From: Octopus sinensis
Lineage: Eukaryota
Direction: 5' to 3'
NCBI RefSeq assembly: GCF_006345805.1
Contig: NC_043011.1
Location: 30,082,464 to 30,146,463, forward strand
Length of the DNA stretch: 64,000 bases
The position numbers were made by a program, and so were the translations under genes. The notes beneath the pieces are model-generated. The model saw only the letters and a list, made by a program, of their open reading frames with translations, was not told the DNA's origin and did not search any database. Shown here in pieces: positions 37,146 through 52,269 of the stretch; the stretch's first letter is position 1; the number at the start of each line of letters is the position of its first letter.

Positions 37146-38859
37146 AGCTGAAACCATATATTGGGTAAAATTTAAATTTATCAAATAATCTTTCAAAGTT
37201 TCCCACATTGTCACTCAGTTTTGACAACCAAAGCGAGATGACTAGTCAATAACAGAGAAATTCTGAATTGTAAAGAATTAATATAAATGCTGCCATAATA
37301 TTAACTCTGTTCTAAAAAAGAATACGAACAATCTATTTAATATTCCTGTCAGAATTATTCTATAGAAAATCTTATAATAAAATCCAAACAATCGCTGTAT
37401 GACGATGTCTTTATGTGTCACATGACCTGCAACAAATAGCAGCCAAATTGCCCTCAAATCATGTCATGTTCATTTTAAATAACTGCCACATCAGACAATG
37501 GAAGTCTTTCATATACAAAATGACAGTATGGCTATCGTTGGAATGTCTTACATGAAAGGGCTACTGGTCAAGGTTGACCTTGAGATCAAACAACAAAGAT
37601 ATCTTCATTGTGTATTAAAGGCGGTGAGCTGGGAGAGTTGCTGGCATGCCGGGCAAAGTGCCTTGAAGTATTTCATTCGTCTTTACATTCTGAGTAAAAA
37701 ATGTTGTCAAGTTCGAATTTGCCATTTATCCTTTCAGGGTCGATAAAATAAGTACCAGTTAAACACTGGGGTCAATACAATTGATTTACCACTCCCACAC
37801 CCCGAAATTGCTGGCATTGTGCCAAAATTTGAAACCATCAGGAATTTAGTATTAAGTAACTCAATGATGCTTCACTGAAAATAATAAAGTTACCATGCAA
37901 CCAACAACAGACCTGATTGAGGGAAGTTATGATCTGAGATTGTCATCCTCATTTTCATTTATTTAATGCCCACTTTTCCATGCCCGCATGAGTCGGAGGA
38001 GCTACATGCTGAGGCAGATTTTTCTACAGCCAATTGCCCTTCCTGTTACCGACCCTCATGGGATATCTAGACCTGCATACACACACACACAGATACACAT
38101 TCATATGGCACGATTTGAGGGCAAGAAAATTTTAGCAAACGCCAGAAATTTTCTTGAGAACATTCCTTTCTTAGTTGTAAGACCATAGAAGATCTACTTC
38201 TAGCATAATGGATGTCCACGTAGTGGTCATCCATCTTATATGTATGTAATGAAATTTTTCTGTATCTTCAGATTTCAATATGCTAGACTAATTGGTTTTA
38301 AATTGATATTAATCAAATTAATATTAAATTTTTTACTTTTATTATTTTAAATTTAAATTTAGATATGTATATACAGGTATATATATATATATGTTGTGTG
38401 TTTTTGTGTGTGTGTGAGTGTGTGTGTGTGTGTGTGAGTGTGTATGTGAGTGTGTGTGTGCATGTATGTGTGTGTGATGACTTGTTAGAAGACACTACAT
38501 ATTTTTAGCAACACATCTTCAATGCCATTGAAATCCACTTTTCAACCAATTCCTAAGACACAAAATATAAGAAACAATAAAATATTCTGAGATAACACAG
38601 GAAATCTTTGAAAAAATAAAAGCAACTAAAATTTCTAAAACTATTGTTCCTGCATTTTTCCCCATTTTTCTTCTTTATTTTTTGGTTAAGTAGAAATAAT
38701 CATAAAAAATACCCAAAACTTTATTTACCCCCTCAGTGATGTAATCTGATCATACGTTTATGAAGAAACTATCATAAGATACAACAATAGCATAAACTCA
38801 AGTTGACTAATAACTGCAAGTAGAACTTTTTCTAGAATAAAATTATGGCAGCAGTGCCT

Positions 38860-39232
38860 GCATCATCATCATCATCATCATCATTGTCACCGTTGTCGTC
38901 GTCATCATCATCATCACCATCGCCATCATCATCATCATCATCCTCCTCATCATTACTATCATCATCATCGTCATCATCGTCATCATCGTCATTATCCTCA
39001 TCGTCATCATCATCATTTTCATTATCATCATCACCATCATTATCATCGTCACCATCATCATCATTGTCATCGTTGTCATCCTTCTCCTCCTCATCATCAT
39101 TGTCATCGTTGTCGTCATCATCATCATCATCATCACCATTGCCATCATCATTGTCATCATCATCATCATCATCATCGTCATCATCATCCTCATCATCATC
39201 ATCATCGTCATCATCATCATCATCATCATCTT
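38860..39232. repeat. Imperfect (TCA)n/(TCG)n trinucleotide tract
   Basis: Source of the poly-D, poly-S and poly-M ORFs. Confidence 0.95.
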
Positions 39233-39472
39233 TTAATGCCTGTTTTCCATGCTGGCATGAGTCAGACAGTTTAACAGGATCAGGTGAGCCACAGAGCTGC
39301 ACCAAGCTCCAATATCTTCTTTGATGTGATTTCTACAGCTGGATGTACTTCTTTAATGCCAGTCACATTACAGTGTGTACTGGGAGTTACTTTCTTCATG
39401 GCACCAACACTAGTGAGGTTGCCAAGCAACTTGCAAGACAGAAAAAGAACAGGAAAAAGCCAACTTGATTAA

Positions 39473-39694
39473 CCCTTTTGATACCAAGCTGCTGGAGACC
39501 ACCCTAGGTTCTATGGCATAAACTTACTGTTTTAAAGTGGTCTAAATGCTAAATCTCCCATTAAAATTTTATGCTAATTTGTTCCAGATCCCAGCTTAAT
39601 AATGAGAAAGTTATTTTACTAAATTCTTCATTTATTTTAAAAATTAATTCAAACAAAGGCAGCATGTGTTGATAGAAATATGGTAACAAAAGGA
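39473..39694. mobile_element. piggyBac-type MITE (second copy)
   Basis: TTAA flanks; CCCTTTTGATACCA ... TGGTAACAAAAGGA. Confidence 0.75.
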
Positions 39695-40849
39695 TTAAAT
39701 GGCGAGTGTGAGGAGTGCATGAGAGGGGTGATGCCTTTATGCCAGGTGTTGAGAAGCTAAGTTATGATAAAGGGAGAAGCACAGGTGACTTCCTATAAAT
39801 AGACACCAGTAAAACTGAATACCAGACAAAAGTTTTGAGGTCGATAAAATATTCAGCTAAAATCTTCAAAAGTAGTGTCCTGGTAGTTTCACAGCAGTGC
39901 AATGACTGAAACCAATAAAGAAATAATAAAAATAAATATCTCTATGAGATTAATTTCTCCCATCAGGCCTCTGTTACAGCCAAATATCATTTCAACAAGA
40001 AATAGCAAAAACAACAATATACATCTCAGCAAAACCTATCTTCCATTACCTATCGACATTAGATGCACTTGTTATTTTATCACAATCCCTAAAGACAAGC
40101 CAGTGTCTGGCTTCTAGCTAACTAAATTTAACTCCGAACAGTCTATATAATTTTCATTTTTATTCGATCAAAATTTCGAATGAAATTAATTTTCTTTCTT
40201 TTGTTGTCTATTTATTTATTATTTATTTATCTCCCATCACCATTCTTCTTATGAAAACGCAACAAATACAACATGGACACACTATCAAGACTGATATATT
40301 TAAAGAGAATAATAGTGGTAGGGGTTTCTGTCAATAAGAATACAGTTTAGAGAAAGAGAAGCTTGGCATGTTAGCATGCTATGATGAGGAGAGACATGGA
40401 ACGTTTTTAGACTTCTGTAATGAATAACTTTGGTTTGAAAACATTAGGGAATATGTTAGCATGATACAGAACTGGTGTATTGTATTTTATGGCATGGGAG
40501 CATGACAGAGTGCTGGCATACATGTCTGGTAACAAAATAGGTTTTATCTATTAATGGTGAGATATTATGGACATATATTCTCGGTAAATTGTCCTCATAG
40601 TGAACTTTACTCACAGTGAACTTTCCTCCCTGTCAGCTTTCCTCATGGAGAACTTTCTGTGGTGAATTGAGGGCAGGGAATTTACCTGTAATCGTTGGCA
40701 TAGTGTAGGATAGCGTTATGGAATATAGTTGTGGTTTGTGGCATGGCTGAGTGGTATATAGTGCTGGTGTGTTGTATAGTGGGGTGGTGTATAGTGTTGT
40801 ATGATAGTGTGGTATATAGTTACTGGCTTGTTCAATGACAGAGTGGCAT

Positions 40850-41208
40850 AGTAAAGCATAAAGGGTAAAGACCCCCCTTTGGTCATGAATGACCATGGGA
40901 TTGCACCTAGAAAGTTCCCCTCCGAGGCAAAAGAGCAAGGATGTTTTTATAGAAGACCAGCGGTCACCCATGCATAACAGCTTCCCCTATCCATGCCACT
41001 GATGTTATCCCTAAGACTAGGCAAAGGCCGATACAGCTTGGCACCAGTGACGTTGCAACTCATTTCTACAGCTGAGTGAACTGGAACAACATAAAAAAAT
41101 AAAGTGCCTTGTTCAAGAACACAACACAAAGCCCAGTTTGGGAATCAAACTCACTGCCACATGATTGTGGGCCTGATGATCTAACCACTAAGCCATGTGC
41201 CTTCACAG
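40850..41208 (-). mobile_element. tRNA SINE (family D)
   Basis: Minus head GTGAAGGCACATGGCTTAGTGGTTAGA...GAGTTTGATTCCC; related copies at 29438-29690 and 52640-53190. Confidence 0.8.
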
Positions 41209-41813
41209 AAGAGAAGATATGCATGTGGAAACATTAGCTTGTTATTTTTTAATTTACCATACTCTGGTTTGTATTTACATTTTACACTGAATGAATGAAA
41301 GAAGGAGGAAAGAAGAAAGGAAGGAAGGAAGGAAAAAACAAACGAAGGGAAAGATAGATGCTGTCATACATGTATGAATGCTTATCTGATAGAATATATA
41401 GTGTTTACAGGAAAAGAAAATGACCAGCTAACATGCATTTTACAAATATATTCCGTAAGTGGAACAGTTAAAATATGCAAGACTTTTCTGGAGTTTTACT
41501 GGTAACAGTTCTTGTTGTTCTTACCCAGATGTCATCACATAGGGTTTTGTTTCTTTGTTAGAAACCAGCTTCTTCCCTTTAGCAATAATTTTCATAAGTA
41601 GAAAAATAAAGATAAATAAAAGAAAGACAAGTCAGGATTTTGTACACTCTCAGTTTAAAAAGTTCTACTTTTAAAGCATTGGTCAGCCTAAGAATGTCGT
41701 AAAGAAAAACATTTGTCCAATATAGCATGCAGTGGGATTGAAACTAGAATCACATAGTTATGGAGTAAGCCTTTTAACCTCTCAGTCATGCAAAACTTGT
41801 GTGCAAAGTCATT

Positions 41814-41863
<50 letters not shown>

Positions 41864-42701
41864 GGGAGAGGGAGAGAGAGGGAGAAAAAGGCAGGAAGAA
41901 AGAAAGGAAGAGGGCTCATCTCCAGTTGTTTTGATATATTGAAGGTTAGTTTAATGCATACAACACTTCTGTTAGATAAATATAATTATACACTTTCTTA
42001 ACATGAACACTTCACTTGTATCTGGAAATTGTTAGATTTTATCTTTAAGATATAATTTAGATTACTTTTATAATTGATCTAACTATATATATATATATAT
42101 ACTGACACATGTACCGGGGGCATGTGAAAAAGCATTTGAGCGAAGTCATTGCCAGTGCTGCTGGACTGGCTCCTGTGCAGGTGGCATGTAAAAGACACCA
42201 TTTAAGTGTGACCATTGCCAGTACCACCTGACTGGCCCTCGTGCCGGTGGCACGTAAAAGCACCCAATATACTCTGGGAGTGGTTGGCGTTAGGAAGAGC
42301 ATCCAGCTGTAGAAACTCTGCCAGATCAGATTGGAACCTGGTGCAACCATCTGGTTTGCCAGTCCTCAGTCAAATCGTCCAACCCATGCTAGCATGGAAA
42401 GCAGACATTATATGATGATGATGATGATATATATATATATATACAGGGTGCGTTGAGTAAACTGTTGTCTAAATTAGGCAAAGATAAAGATAACACTTCC
42501 TTTTTTTCTTCCTGCCTTTCTCTCTCTCTCCCTTACACACACACACGCACACACACAGAATGACTTTGCACACAAGGCTTTGGTCACCCTGAGGTTACAG
42601 TAGAAACTTAACCAAGGTGCCACACACTGGGAGTGAACCCCATACCATGTGGTTGGTAAGCAAGCTACTTACCACACAGCCACTCCTGCATATATATATA
42701 T

Positions 42702-42746
<45 letters not shown>

Positions 42747-42805
42747 TATTCATATACATAGACTTACACAAATATGCACACAATACATATATATATATGT
42801 ATATA

Positions 42806-42873
<68 letters not shown>

Positions 42874-42994
42874 CATATAATATATACATACATATATATA
42901 TATACATACACACATATATATATTGCTATCTATCTATCAATTTATCTACCTATCTAGCTTTCTATCAATTTATCTAAATATCTGTTTGTGTGTG

Positions 42995-43102
<108 letters not shown>

Positions 43103-43458
43103 TACATACATATATATATAAATAAATGTATGTACATATATACATTATACATGGGTATGCTTGTATGTACAGATACATTTTCTTCAAATTCTATTCAACG
43201 TGTGAATCTACAGTTAATTAATGTGTTTAACACCTTGTTTTGATTAATTCATAACCTACACAAAGCTGGACTTTTGCCACAATTTTCATAACATCTAATT
43301 CCTCTTGTTGTTTTCAAACTAAATTAGTCAATACACAATTTTAAAAATAATCAATATCTTTTTCCATCTCATGCTGGAGGTCCATAAGGAAACATTCAAA
43401 GGAGCAACTGCTACTATAAATTTTCGAGTAAGAACATGCGTATGTGCATACACATGTT

Positions 43459-45360
43459 TGTGTGTGTGTGTGTGTGTGAGTGTATAAATAAATATATATA
43501 GCTATGTACTTATATATATATATACATATATATTCTTTATCTTTTACTTGATTCAGTCAGTAGACTGCAGCCATGCTGGGGCACCATTTTTAGTTGAACA
43601 AATCAACCCCAGGACTTAATCTTTGTAAGCCTAGTACTTATTCTATTGGGATCTTTTGCCAAACCACTAAGTTACAGTGATGTAAACACACCAGCATTGG
43701 TTGTCAAACGATGTTGGGGGGCAAACACAGACACACAAACTTATACACACATACATATATGTATATATATGATGAGCTTCTTGCAGTTTCTGTCTACCAA
43801 ATCCAATCACAAGGCTTTGGTCAGCTCGATGCTATAGTAGAAGACACTTACCCCAGATGCCATGCAGTGGGACTGAACCTGGAACTATATGGTTGATAAG
43901 CAAACTACTTATCACACAATCACTCCATATATATATATATATATATTTATATATAAAACTTTTGTAATGCATGCATATTCAAAGTTAAAACTTTCTTCTA
44001 CAGGTGCTTTGTATTATTTCCAAGGAAAAAAAATCAGTCTGTTAATGAGGGAAATTCTAGCTTTGAATAACTTAATGAATTTTACATGTATTGAGTACGT
44101 TCTTAGCCTTGACTACAAAGTAAATCACACACACACACATTTCTTTATTGATTAACTGTGAAGCTACTTAAGTGATTCAGGAGCAGAGAGTTTTGTGCAA
44201 ATGCACAAAGTTTGATTTATGTAAATGCACTTATCACACTTTTGTTAAGCTCATTTGTAGGAAAGTCTCAACTCTTGAAATTATTATGTAGCTTCGTTGT
44301 TAATGAATAAAAGTATGCACTCGACCTAAGCAATGACTTCTGTTCTCCAATTTGCATCACCAAACTTCTATGTGTATATATATATATACAATATATGTGG
44401 GCATGTGTGTGTGTGTGTGTGTGTGTGAGTGTATAAATAAATATATATAGCTATGTACTTATATATATATATACATATATATTCTTTATCTTTTACTTGA
44501 TTCAGTCAGTAGACTGCAGCCATGCTGGGGCACCATTTTTAGTTGAACAAATCAACCCCAGGACTTAATCTTTGTAAGCCTAGTACTTATTCTATTGGGA
44601 TCTTTTGCCAAACCACTAAGTTACAGTGATGTAAACACACCAGCATTGGTTGTCAAACGATGTTGGGGGGCAAACACAGACACACAAACTTATACACACA
44701 TACATATATGTATATATATGATGAGCTTCTTGCAGTTTCTGTCTACCAAATCCAATCACAAGGCTTTGGTCAGCTCGATGCTATAGTAGAAGACACTTAC
44801 CCCAGATGCCATGCAGTGGGACTGAACCTGGAACTATATGGTTGATAAGCAAACTACTTATCACACAATCACTCCATATATATATATATATATTTATATA
44901 TAAAACTTTTGTAATGCATGCATATTCAAAGTTAAAACTTTCTTCTACAGGTGCTTTGTATTATTTCCAAGGAAAAAAAATCAGTCTGTTAATTGAGGGA
45001 AATTCTAGCTTTGAATAACTTAATGAATTTTACATGTATTGAGTACGTTCTTAGCCTTGACTACAAAGTAAATCACACACACACACATTTCTTTATTGAT
45101 TAACTGTGAAGCTACTTAAGTGATTCAGGAGCAGAGAGTTTTGTGCAAATGCACAAAGTTTGATTTATGTAAATGCACTTATCACACTTTTGTTAAGCTC
45201 ATTTGTAGGAAAGTCTCAACTCTTGAAATTATTATGTAGCTTCGTTGTTAATGAATAAAAGTATGCACTCGACCTAAGCAATGACTTCTGTTCTCCAATT
45301 TGCATCACCAAACTTCTATGTGTATATATATATATACAATATATGTGGGCATGTGTGTGT
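43459..45360. repeat. Near-identical tandem duplication, unit about 949 bp
   Basis: Offset 949, later 947 and 948; the only differences seen are one TA unit and one extra T; junctions lie in (TG)n. Confidence 0.95.
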
Positions 45361-45638
45361 GTGTGTGTGCATGTATCTGTGTGTGTGTATGTGTGTGTGT
45401 GTGTACGTGCACGTGTGTGTGTACATACATATATATATATATATATATATAAATAAAACATATGCATATATATAAACATATATGTACGTACCTACCTCTA
45501 TATGTACATATACACGCATATATGAGTACAGGACACCAAAAGGACGTCGAACACAATGAGAAACGAAAACATAGACACAAACCAAAGGAACTGGACATAT
45601 ATTTAAAAACAACAAAAAAATAGAATACAGGACATATA

Positions 45639-45678
<40 letters not shown>

Positions 45679-45913
45679 GTTCCTGATATGTTAAAGTGTT
45701 GTATGACCAAATTTGACCAAATATGTTTTTTTCCAATATTTATTTTTGCTTGCAATAGCTGGTTTTTGGGGTAAAATTAAAGCATCTCCAGTTGCTTCAG
45801 ATGCCAAGATATCAAAGGTTTTGCTACGGAATGGTGAAACTATTTTTTGGCTTTCTAAAAAGCAATGTTTTAGACTTACGACACTTTTGCATAATAGCAA
45901 CAATATATGATAA

Positions 45914-45953
<40 letters not shown>

Positions 45954-46158
45954 CATATATATTATATTAAAGGAAAATGGCAGGATGAGCAATTCAGGTC
46001 ATTTAGAATATTTAATTAGAGTAAGGCGAATCAAAAAAGATGTAAAATTACTTACTACTACTTCTCCTCTTTTGATTCACCTTGCTTTTTTTAAATATTC
46101 TAAATGACCTGAGATACTTCTCCTGCCTTGGTTTTGTTCTCCATTTTTCTTTAATATA

Positions 46159-46872
46159 GGGTCATCCCATAAATAATGTGGTTTGCTCAATTGCATGAAA
46201 TAAAAGTCGGAAGAAGACGGAATGAACTGCCTGCACCAAATTGCTATAAAAGCAAGTAGTAATTTTCCCTAGGACTTATTCTTAGTGCAAGTTTTGAAGA
46301 GTGCAGTTCGATTTTATCAGTTATTTTTTCAAAGCTATAATGGAAGTGACAAAGGTGCATATTCAGCATATTTTGCTGTATGAGTTCAATAAAGGTATCA
46401 ATGCAATGGAAAGCGTGAGGAATATTAATGCAGTATATGGGGATCAGACAATAAGCATAAGCCAGTGTCAACGGTGACTCCAGAAATTGTGAGCTGGAAA
46501 CTACAGTCTAGAAGATAAGCCCCATCCTAGAAGACCTGTAGAGATCGGTGAGGACGTCCTGCAAACCTTGATGGAACAGAATCCCACTGCAACTGTTGAG
46601 GAACTAGCAGAGAAGCTTGGATTTGGTCATTCAACCATTCATTGACACCTGTGTGCCATCGGAAAAGTCAACAAATTGAGTCATTGGGTTTCTCACACAC
46701 TTTTTGAGTTTAATCATGCACAGAGAGTGAATGTGTGCTCTTCTTTGCTGTCTTATTTCACAATTGAACATTTTTTTGAACAGTGACAGGTGTTGAGGAA
46801 TGGGTTCTCTATAAAAATGTCAAGCATCAAAGAGAGTGGATAGGGAATGGAGAAACATCTCGTACCCCAGGC
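46159..46872 (+). mobile_element. Mariner transposon, 3'-truncated and decayed
   Basis: TA plus probable TIR GGGTCATCCCATAAAT; ATG at 46340: MEVTKVHIQHILLYEFNKG...LEDKPHPRRP...VEELAEKL...WVSHTL (WVPHEL) ...TGVEEWVLYKN (TGDEKW). Confidence 0.9.
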
Positions 46873-47104
46873 TTTATATACATATCATTAGTAAATTTTA
46901 AATCTGAAAGAGAAGCACACCCTCAATTATAGAGCAGTAGAGTAATTAGATAATGGGCTTACCCAGGGTTTCATATCCTTAAGTGCTTTATGGCATATTT
47001 TCAGACCCTAATAGCTAGTGGCCTACAACCTCACTTCAGAGTGGAGGGAGATAAGACCTCATAGCTAATTGTTGAATGCATGGACAAAGAAGGGTTAAGC
47101 ACAC

Positions 47105-47139
<35 letters not shown>

Positions 47140-47246
47140 CCCTAAATCAAATTAATAAAACTATCAAAAAATAAAGAATATAGATGTGTATGTGTATGTA
47201 TGTATGCCTGTATGTATTAGTGCTTGCCTATGTATGATAAATATAT

Positions 47247-47293
<47 letters not shown>

Positions 47294-48071
47294 TTTATTG
47301 TTCAGGTGTGTACAGAACAAAAAATTGTATTAGTTAAAATAATCTTCTGGTATGGTTAGAGGCACAGGTATGGCTGATTGGTCAAAAAGTTTGCTTTGTA
47401 ACCACATAGTTTTGTGTTCAATCTACTGCAGACCTGAGTCAACCAAAACCTACTGAGTGAATTTGGTTGATGAAAGTGTGTAAAGTTCCTGGTATAAGAG
47501 CATGTGTCTCTGTAGATTAAAATCAAGTGGTGAAATTTGTTGTTATTTCTGTTGACAATTTGACCACCTGCTCTATTTTTGAAGACATTTAGAATTACCC
47601 TTACTAGAAAAAAGAACAAGGCTTGGTGACAAGATGGGCATCTAACTGTAAAACAATACCTAAGTAAGATATTATCACCTAACTCATGCTAACATGGAAA
47701 AACAAATGTTAAAAACAAATAAAGGAATTCCATGAAATTTTTATCAAGTTTAAGATATTAGTTCTAAATACTTGGTTTTCTATTGAATACATTGAGAGGA
47801 CAACAACAGCTTAGAGCATATATAGAGTTATTCCAAGTGAAGGAATGAAAAACTATAAGAAACCTATAATGCTAATTCCTAAATTTATCCTCTGTCAACC
47901 ATTTAAGCTGTTAATGGGTAAATGGTCATTTAAATGTGAAATTTGGGAAATGATCAAATCGCTATGCTTTTGAAATTGTAATTAATATATTTTCCTTTCT
48001 GAAATCGATTGTGGATACTGTAAATTATAATTCTATTATACTGTAGATTATAATTCTACAATGGGGAACAG

Positions 48072-48192
<121 letters not shown>

Positions 48193-48203
48193 TAATAATA
48201 ATA

Positions 48204-48259
<56 letters not shown>

Positions 48260-48334
48260 GTTTTTTTCTTCTTTCTTCAAATTTTCTTCTGTTTCTCACC
48301 GAGTGTTTTCCATACACCTAGGGCATTATTGTTA

Positions 48335-48395
<61 letters not shown>

Positions 48396-48627
48396 CATGA
48401 TCATCAGCATCATCATCATAATTTATTTTATTATGTTTGGCTTTTGCTTTGTATTTGTACAAGTAAACTCCAAGTTTCACCCAGAGACCTCAAGAGGCAA
48501 CAAGCTAGAAGTTTAGGTTGGTGTTATGACAAAGGTATTATATCTTTGATTTTGGACATAGTATTGTTCTAGAGAATGTCTGTGAAAATATAAGAAAATT
48601 AGAAGATTTTTTTAAAGTAATTTTATA

Positions 48628-48683
<56 letters not shown>

Positions 48684-48774
48684 GGAACAATAAGAAGAGT
48701 ATGATTATTATTGAATGAACAATATTTCGACTCAGTATCAAAGGAACAATAACTGGGAAGATAGTTTTTGTGTA

Positions 48775-49870
48775 TGGTAGATGCACAGAGGCAATAAACA
48801 CCAAGGATATATAGAAAACAGATTCTCTCACATGCAAGATGGAAAAACTAGAAGTAGTTGATAGCTCCCTTTACCTAAGTGACCAAGTCAGTAGCAGGGG
48901 TAACTGCTCTGAGAGTGTAGCTGCTAGAATAAGAATAACCTGGGCAAAGTTCAGAGAGCTCCTACCTATGCTGGTAACAAAGGGCTTCTCGCTCAGAGTG
49001 AAAGGTAGACTGCATGATACCTGTGTGTGAACAGCCATGCTACACGGCATGAAACATGGGCTGTGACTGCTGAGGACATGTGTAAGCTTGCAATAAATGT
49101 ATGCTAATGTGCTCTGTTGGATGTGTAATGTCAGTGTATATACACAACAGAGTGTAAATGCCCTGAGAGAAAAGTTGGACATATGAAACATCAGATGTGG
49201 TGTACAAGATAGATGACTGTGCTGGTATGGTCATGTGTTGCATATGGATGAGGACAGCTGTGTAAAGAAGTGTCACACCCTAACAGTGGAGGGAACCTGT
49301 GGAAGAGGTAGACCCAGGAAGACATGGGATGAGGTGGTGAAGTACAACCTTCAAACATTGGGCCTCACAGAGGCAAAGACAAGCAACTGAGACCTTTGGA
49401 GATATGTTGTACTTGTGAAGACCTGGCAAGCCTAGCGATATTGTAGCCATGGCCTATGCCAGTGTTGCATAATTGGCCCATTTAAAAGTACCCTTCAATT
49501 GTCAGGCAATATGCTGTGCTTGAGAAGACCTGTTGAGCCAAGTGAGATCATAGTTGTGGCTGATGACAGTGCTGCCTGATTGGCACCTGTGCCGGTGGAA
49601 TGTGAAAGCATCATTTGAGCATGACCAATGCCAGTGATGTCTGACTGGCACCTGCACTGGTGGCACATCAAAAGCTCCTGCAACACTCACAAAGTGGTTG
49701 GTGTTAGGAAGGGCATCCAGCTGAAGAAACCTTGCCAGATCAGACAGGAGCCTGGTGCAGCCACCCAGTTTGCCAGTCCTCGGTCAAACCATCAAATCTA
49801 TGCCAGCATGGGAGTGAGCATTAAGCAATGGTGATGATGATGATGCAGATGATGATGATGATGATGATAC
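48775..49870 (+). mobile_element. 5'-truncated RTE-clade LINE (ORF C-terminus, 3' UTR, (GAT)n tail)
   Basis: LEVVDSSLYLSD...ARIRITWAKFRELLP...KGRLHDTCV*TAMLHG..ETW...WYGHV...GRGRPRKTWDEVV...DLWR. Confidence 0.9.
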
Positions 49871-50099
49871 AATGGCCTTCTTTCAGTTTCCATCCACTGA
49901 CAAGACTTGTTGGCCCAAGGCTATAGTAGAAGAGAAAGACACTAACTCAGAGTACCACACAGTGGGACTGAACCCAAAACCATGTGGTTGAGAACCAAGC
50001 TTCTTACCACACAGCCATGCCTGCACTATGTTATATTTATTTCTGCTTATCAACTCCTCCACATTATGTTTCTCTCCCTCAGTCCTCACTATATACTAT

Positions 50100-50468
50100 T
50101 TTACTCTTTTACTTGTTTCAGTCGTTTGACTGTGGCCATGCTGGAGCACCGCCTTAGTCAAGCAAATCGACACCAGGATTTATTCTTTGTAAGCCTAGTA
50201 CTTATTCTATTGGTCTCTTTTGCTGAACCGCTAAGTTACGGGGGACAAACACTGACACACAAACATATACACACACATACATATATATATATATACATAT
50301 GCACAAAGAGCTTCTTTCAGTTTCTGTCTACCAAATCCACTCACAAGGCTTTGGTTGGCCCGAGGCTATAGTAGAAGACACTTGTCCAAGGTGCCACGCA
50401 GTGGGACTAAACTAGGAACCATGTGGTTGGTAAGCAAGCTACTTACCACACAGCCACTCCTATGCCTA
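50100..50468 (-). mobile_element. CORE-like SINE (family B)
   Basis: Matches the family B copies, with a short internal deletion. Confidence 0.8.
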
Positions 50469-52269
50469 TATGGTTAAGAATTTTGCTTGTTACCCATATA
50501 GTTTTGGCCTTAGTCCTACAGCATGACACTCTGGACAAGTGTCTTCTGCTACAGCCTTGAGATGACCAAAGCATTGTGAGTGGATTTGATAGACAGCAAC
50601 TAAGAGTCCATCATGAGTGTGCACGTGTGTGTGTATGTGTGTGTGAGAGAGAGAGAGAGATAAAGAGAGAGAGAGAGAGTGTGTCTGTGCTCATGTCTCC
50701 TTGTCTAAGCATCACATGATAGTTACAAACAAGAGTCCCATTATGCATTACATTGAAACTTCAACTTTAAAACTTTGCTATAACTTTGCAAGAGCTATGG
50801 GCAACACACAGCTTACAAGAGCTATGGGCACCCCGCCCTTTATCTTGTGAGGTGATGATACTGACGCTGATGATGATAACAATGATGATGATGATGATGA
50901 TGATAACAATGACGATGCAATGATTATGAAAGACCTTAATTATTTCAACTTGCTTAGGAAATATTTTAATTCTCATGCTCCGAAATCAACAGAAGAGCAT
51001 TTATGAAATTGCTATATTTCTATCAACAACCTCAACAGAATTATAACTGTCTGTGTGCATGTGTGTGTGTGTGTATGTGTGTGTTTGAGAGTGTGTCAGT
51101 GTGTGTGTGTGTATGTGTGTTTGAGAGTGTGTCAGTGTGTGTGTGTGTGTTTATTCTTTTCTAACCTGCAATGGCTTCATCGCCATAACCTTCACAATCA
51201 CCGAAAATACAGTTTTTGATAAATGTTAGACATGTCTATGGTTGTCTTCAAATAAAAATAAATAAAACAAACAAATAAATAAATTTTCTAATTCTTTTCC
51301 TTCAATACTCATGGTATCTGGCTTCTTTCAAAATACACGTTGTCATTCTATGTTAGACGATTTTTATTGGATAATAAAAACATACAAATGCAGAACAGGA
51401 GTAGTAGATGGGGAGGTAGGACGGATGGGAGAAATATAGTCAGAACTAAAATGTAAAAGAAAATAATAAAAAAAAAACATTAAAAATTGTTTTTTAAATA
51501 GAGTTAGAAAGAAGAAAAATTGAAAAACTCTGATAGGAATGAGAATTTACTTTCTGAGTTACACGTGATCTTTGAAAGAGAAGCTAATATGAGGAAGATA
51601 ACCTAAATAAATTCTTTAAGAGACGTGATGAAGACTCAATGGAGTAGAACAGACTGATTTCTAGATTATAAGACAAGCTTTACTTATACAGTAATGTTTG
51701 TATGTGAGTAAGGCTGTGAGCTGGCAGAAATGTTAGCACGCTGGGCAAAATGCTTAGTGGTATTTTGTCTGCAGTTACGTTCTGAGTTCAAATTCCGCCT
51801 TTGCCTTTCATCTTTTTGGGGTCGATAAATTAAGTACTAGTTACGCATTGGAGTCGATGTAATCGACTTAATCCCTTTGTCTGTTCTTCTTTGTTCCTAC
51901 TCTGTTTAGCTACTTGTGGCAATATAGTAATAAGAAACGTTAGCACACTGGGTGAAATGCTTAGTGGTATTTTGTCTGTATTTACATTCTGAGATCAAAT
52001 TCCACTGAGGTTGACTTTGCCTTTCATCCTTTCAGGGTTGATAAATTAAGTACCAGGTGTGTACTGGGGCCGATCTAATCGACTGACCCCCAACCCCCAA
52101 AATTTCGGGCCTTCTGCCTAGAGCAGAAAGAATAATGTTTTTATGTAAGTGGGATGTAGAAATGCACTTTATGCTACACACAGGTTTTGGGTTTTCCTTT
52201 TATTTTTAATTTTGAAGCAAGCAATATACTTTAAATAAAGACAGAGTAGGTTGATGTTAACTACTGTCA

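Noticed and set aside
38832-39324. Poly-Asp, poly-Ser and poly-Met ORFs of 128-159 aa
   Set aside because: Imperfect (TCA)n tract open in several frames on both strands.
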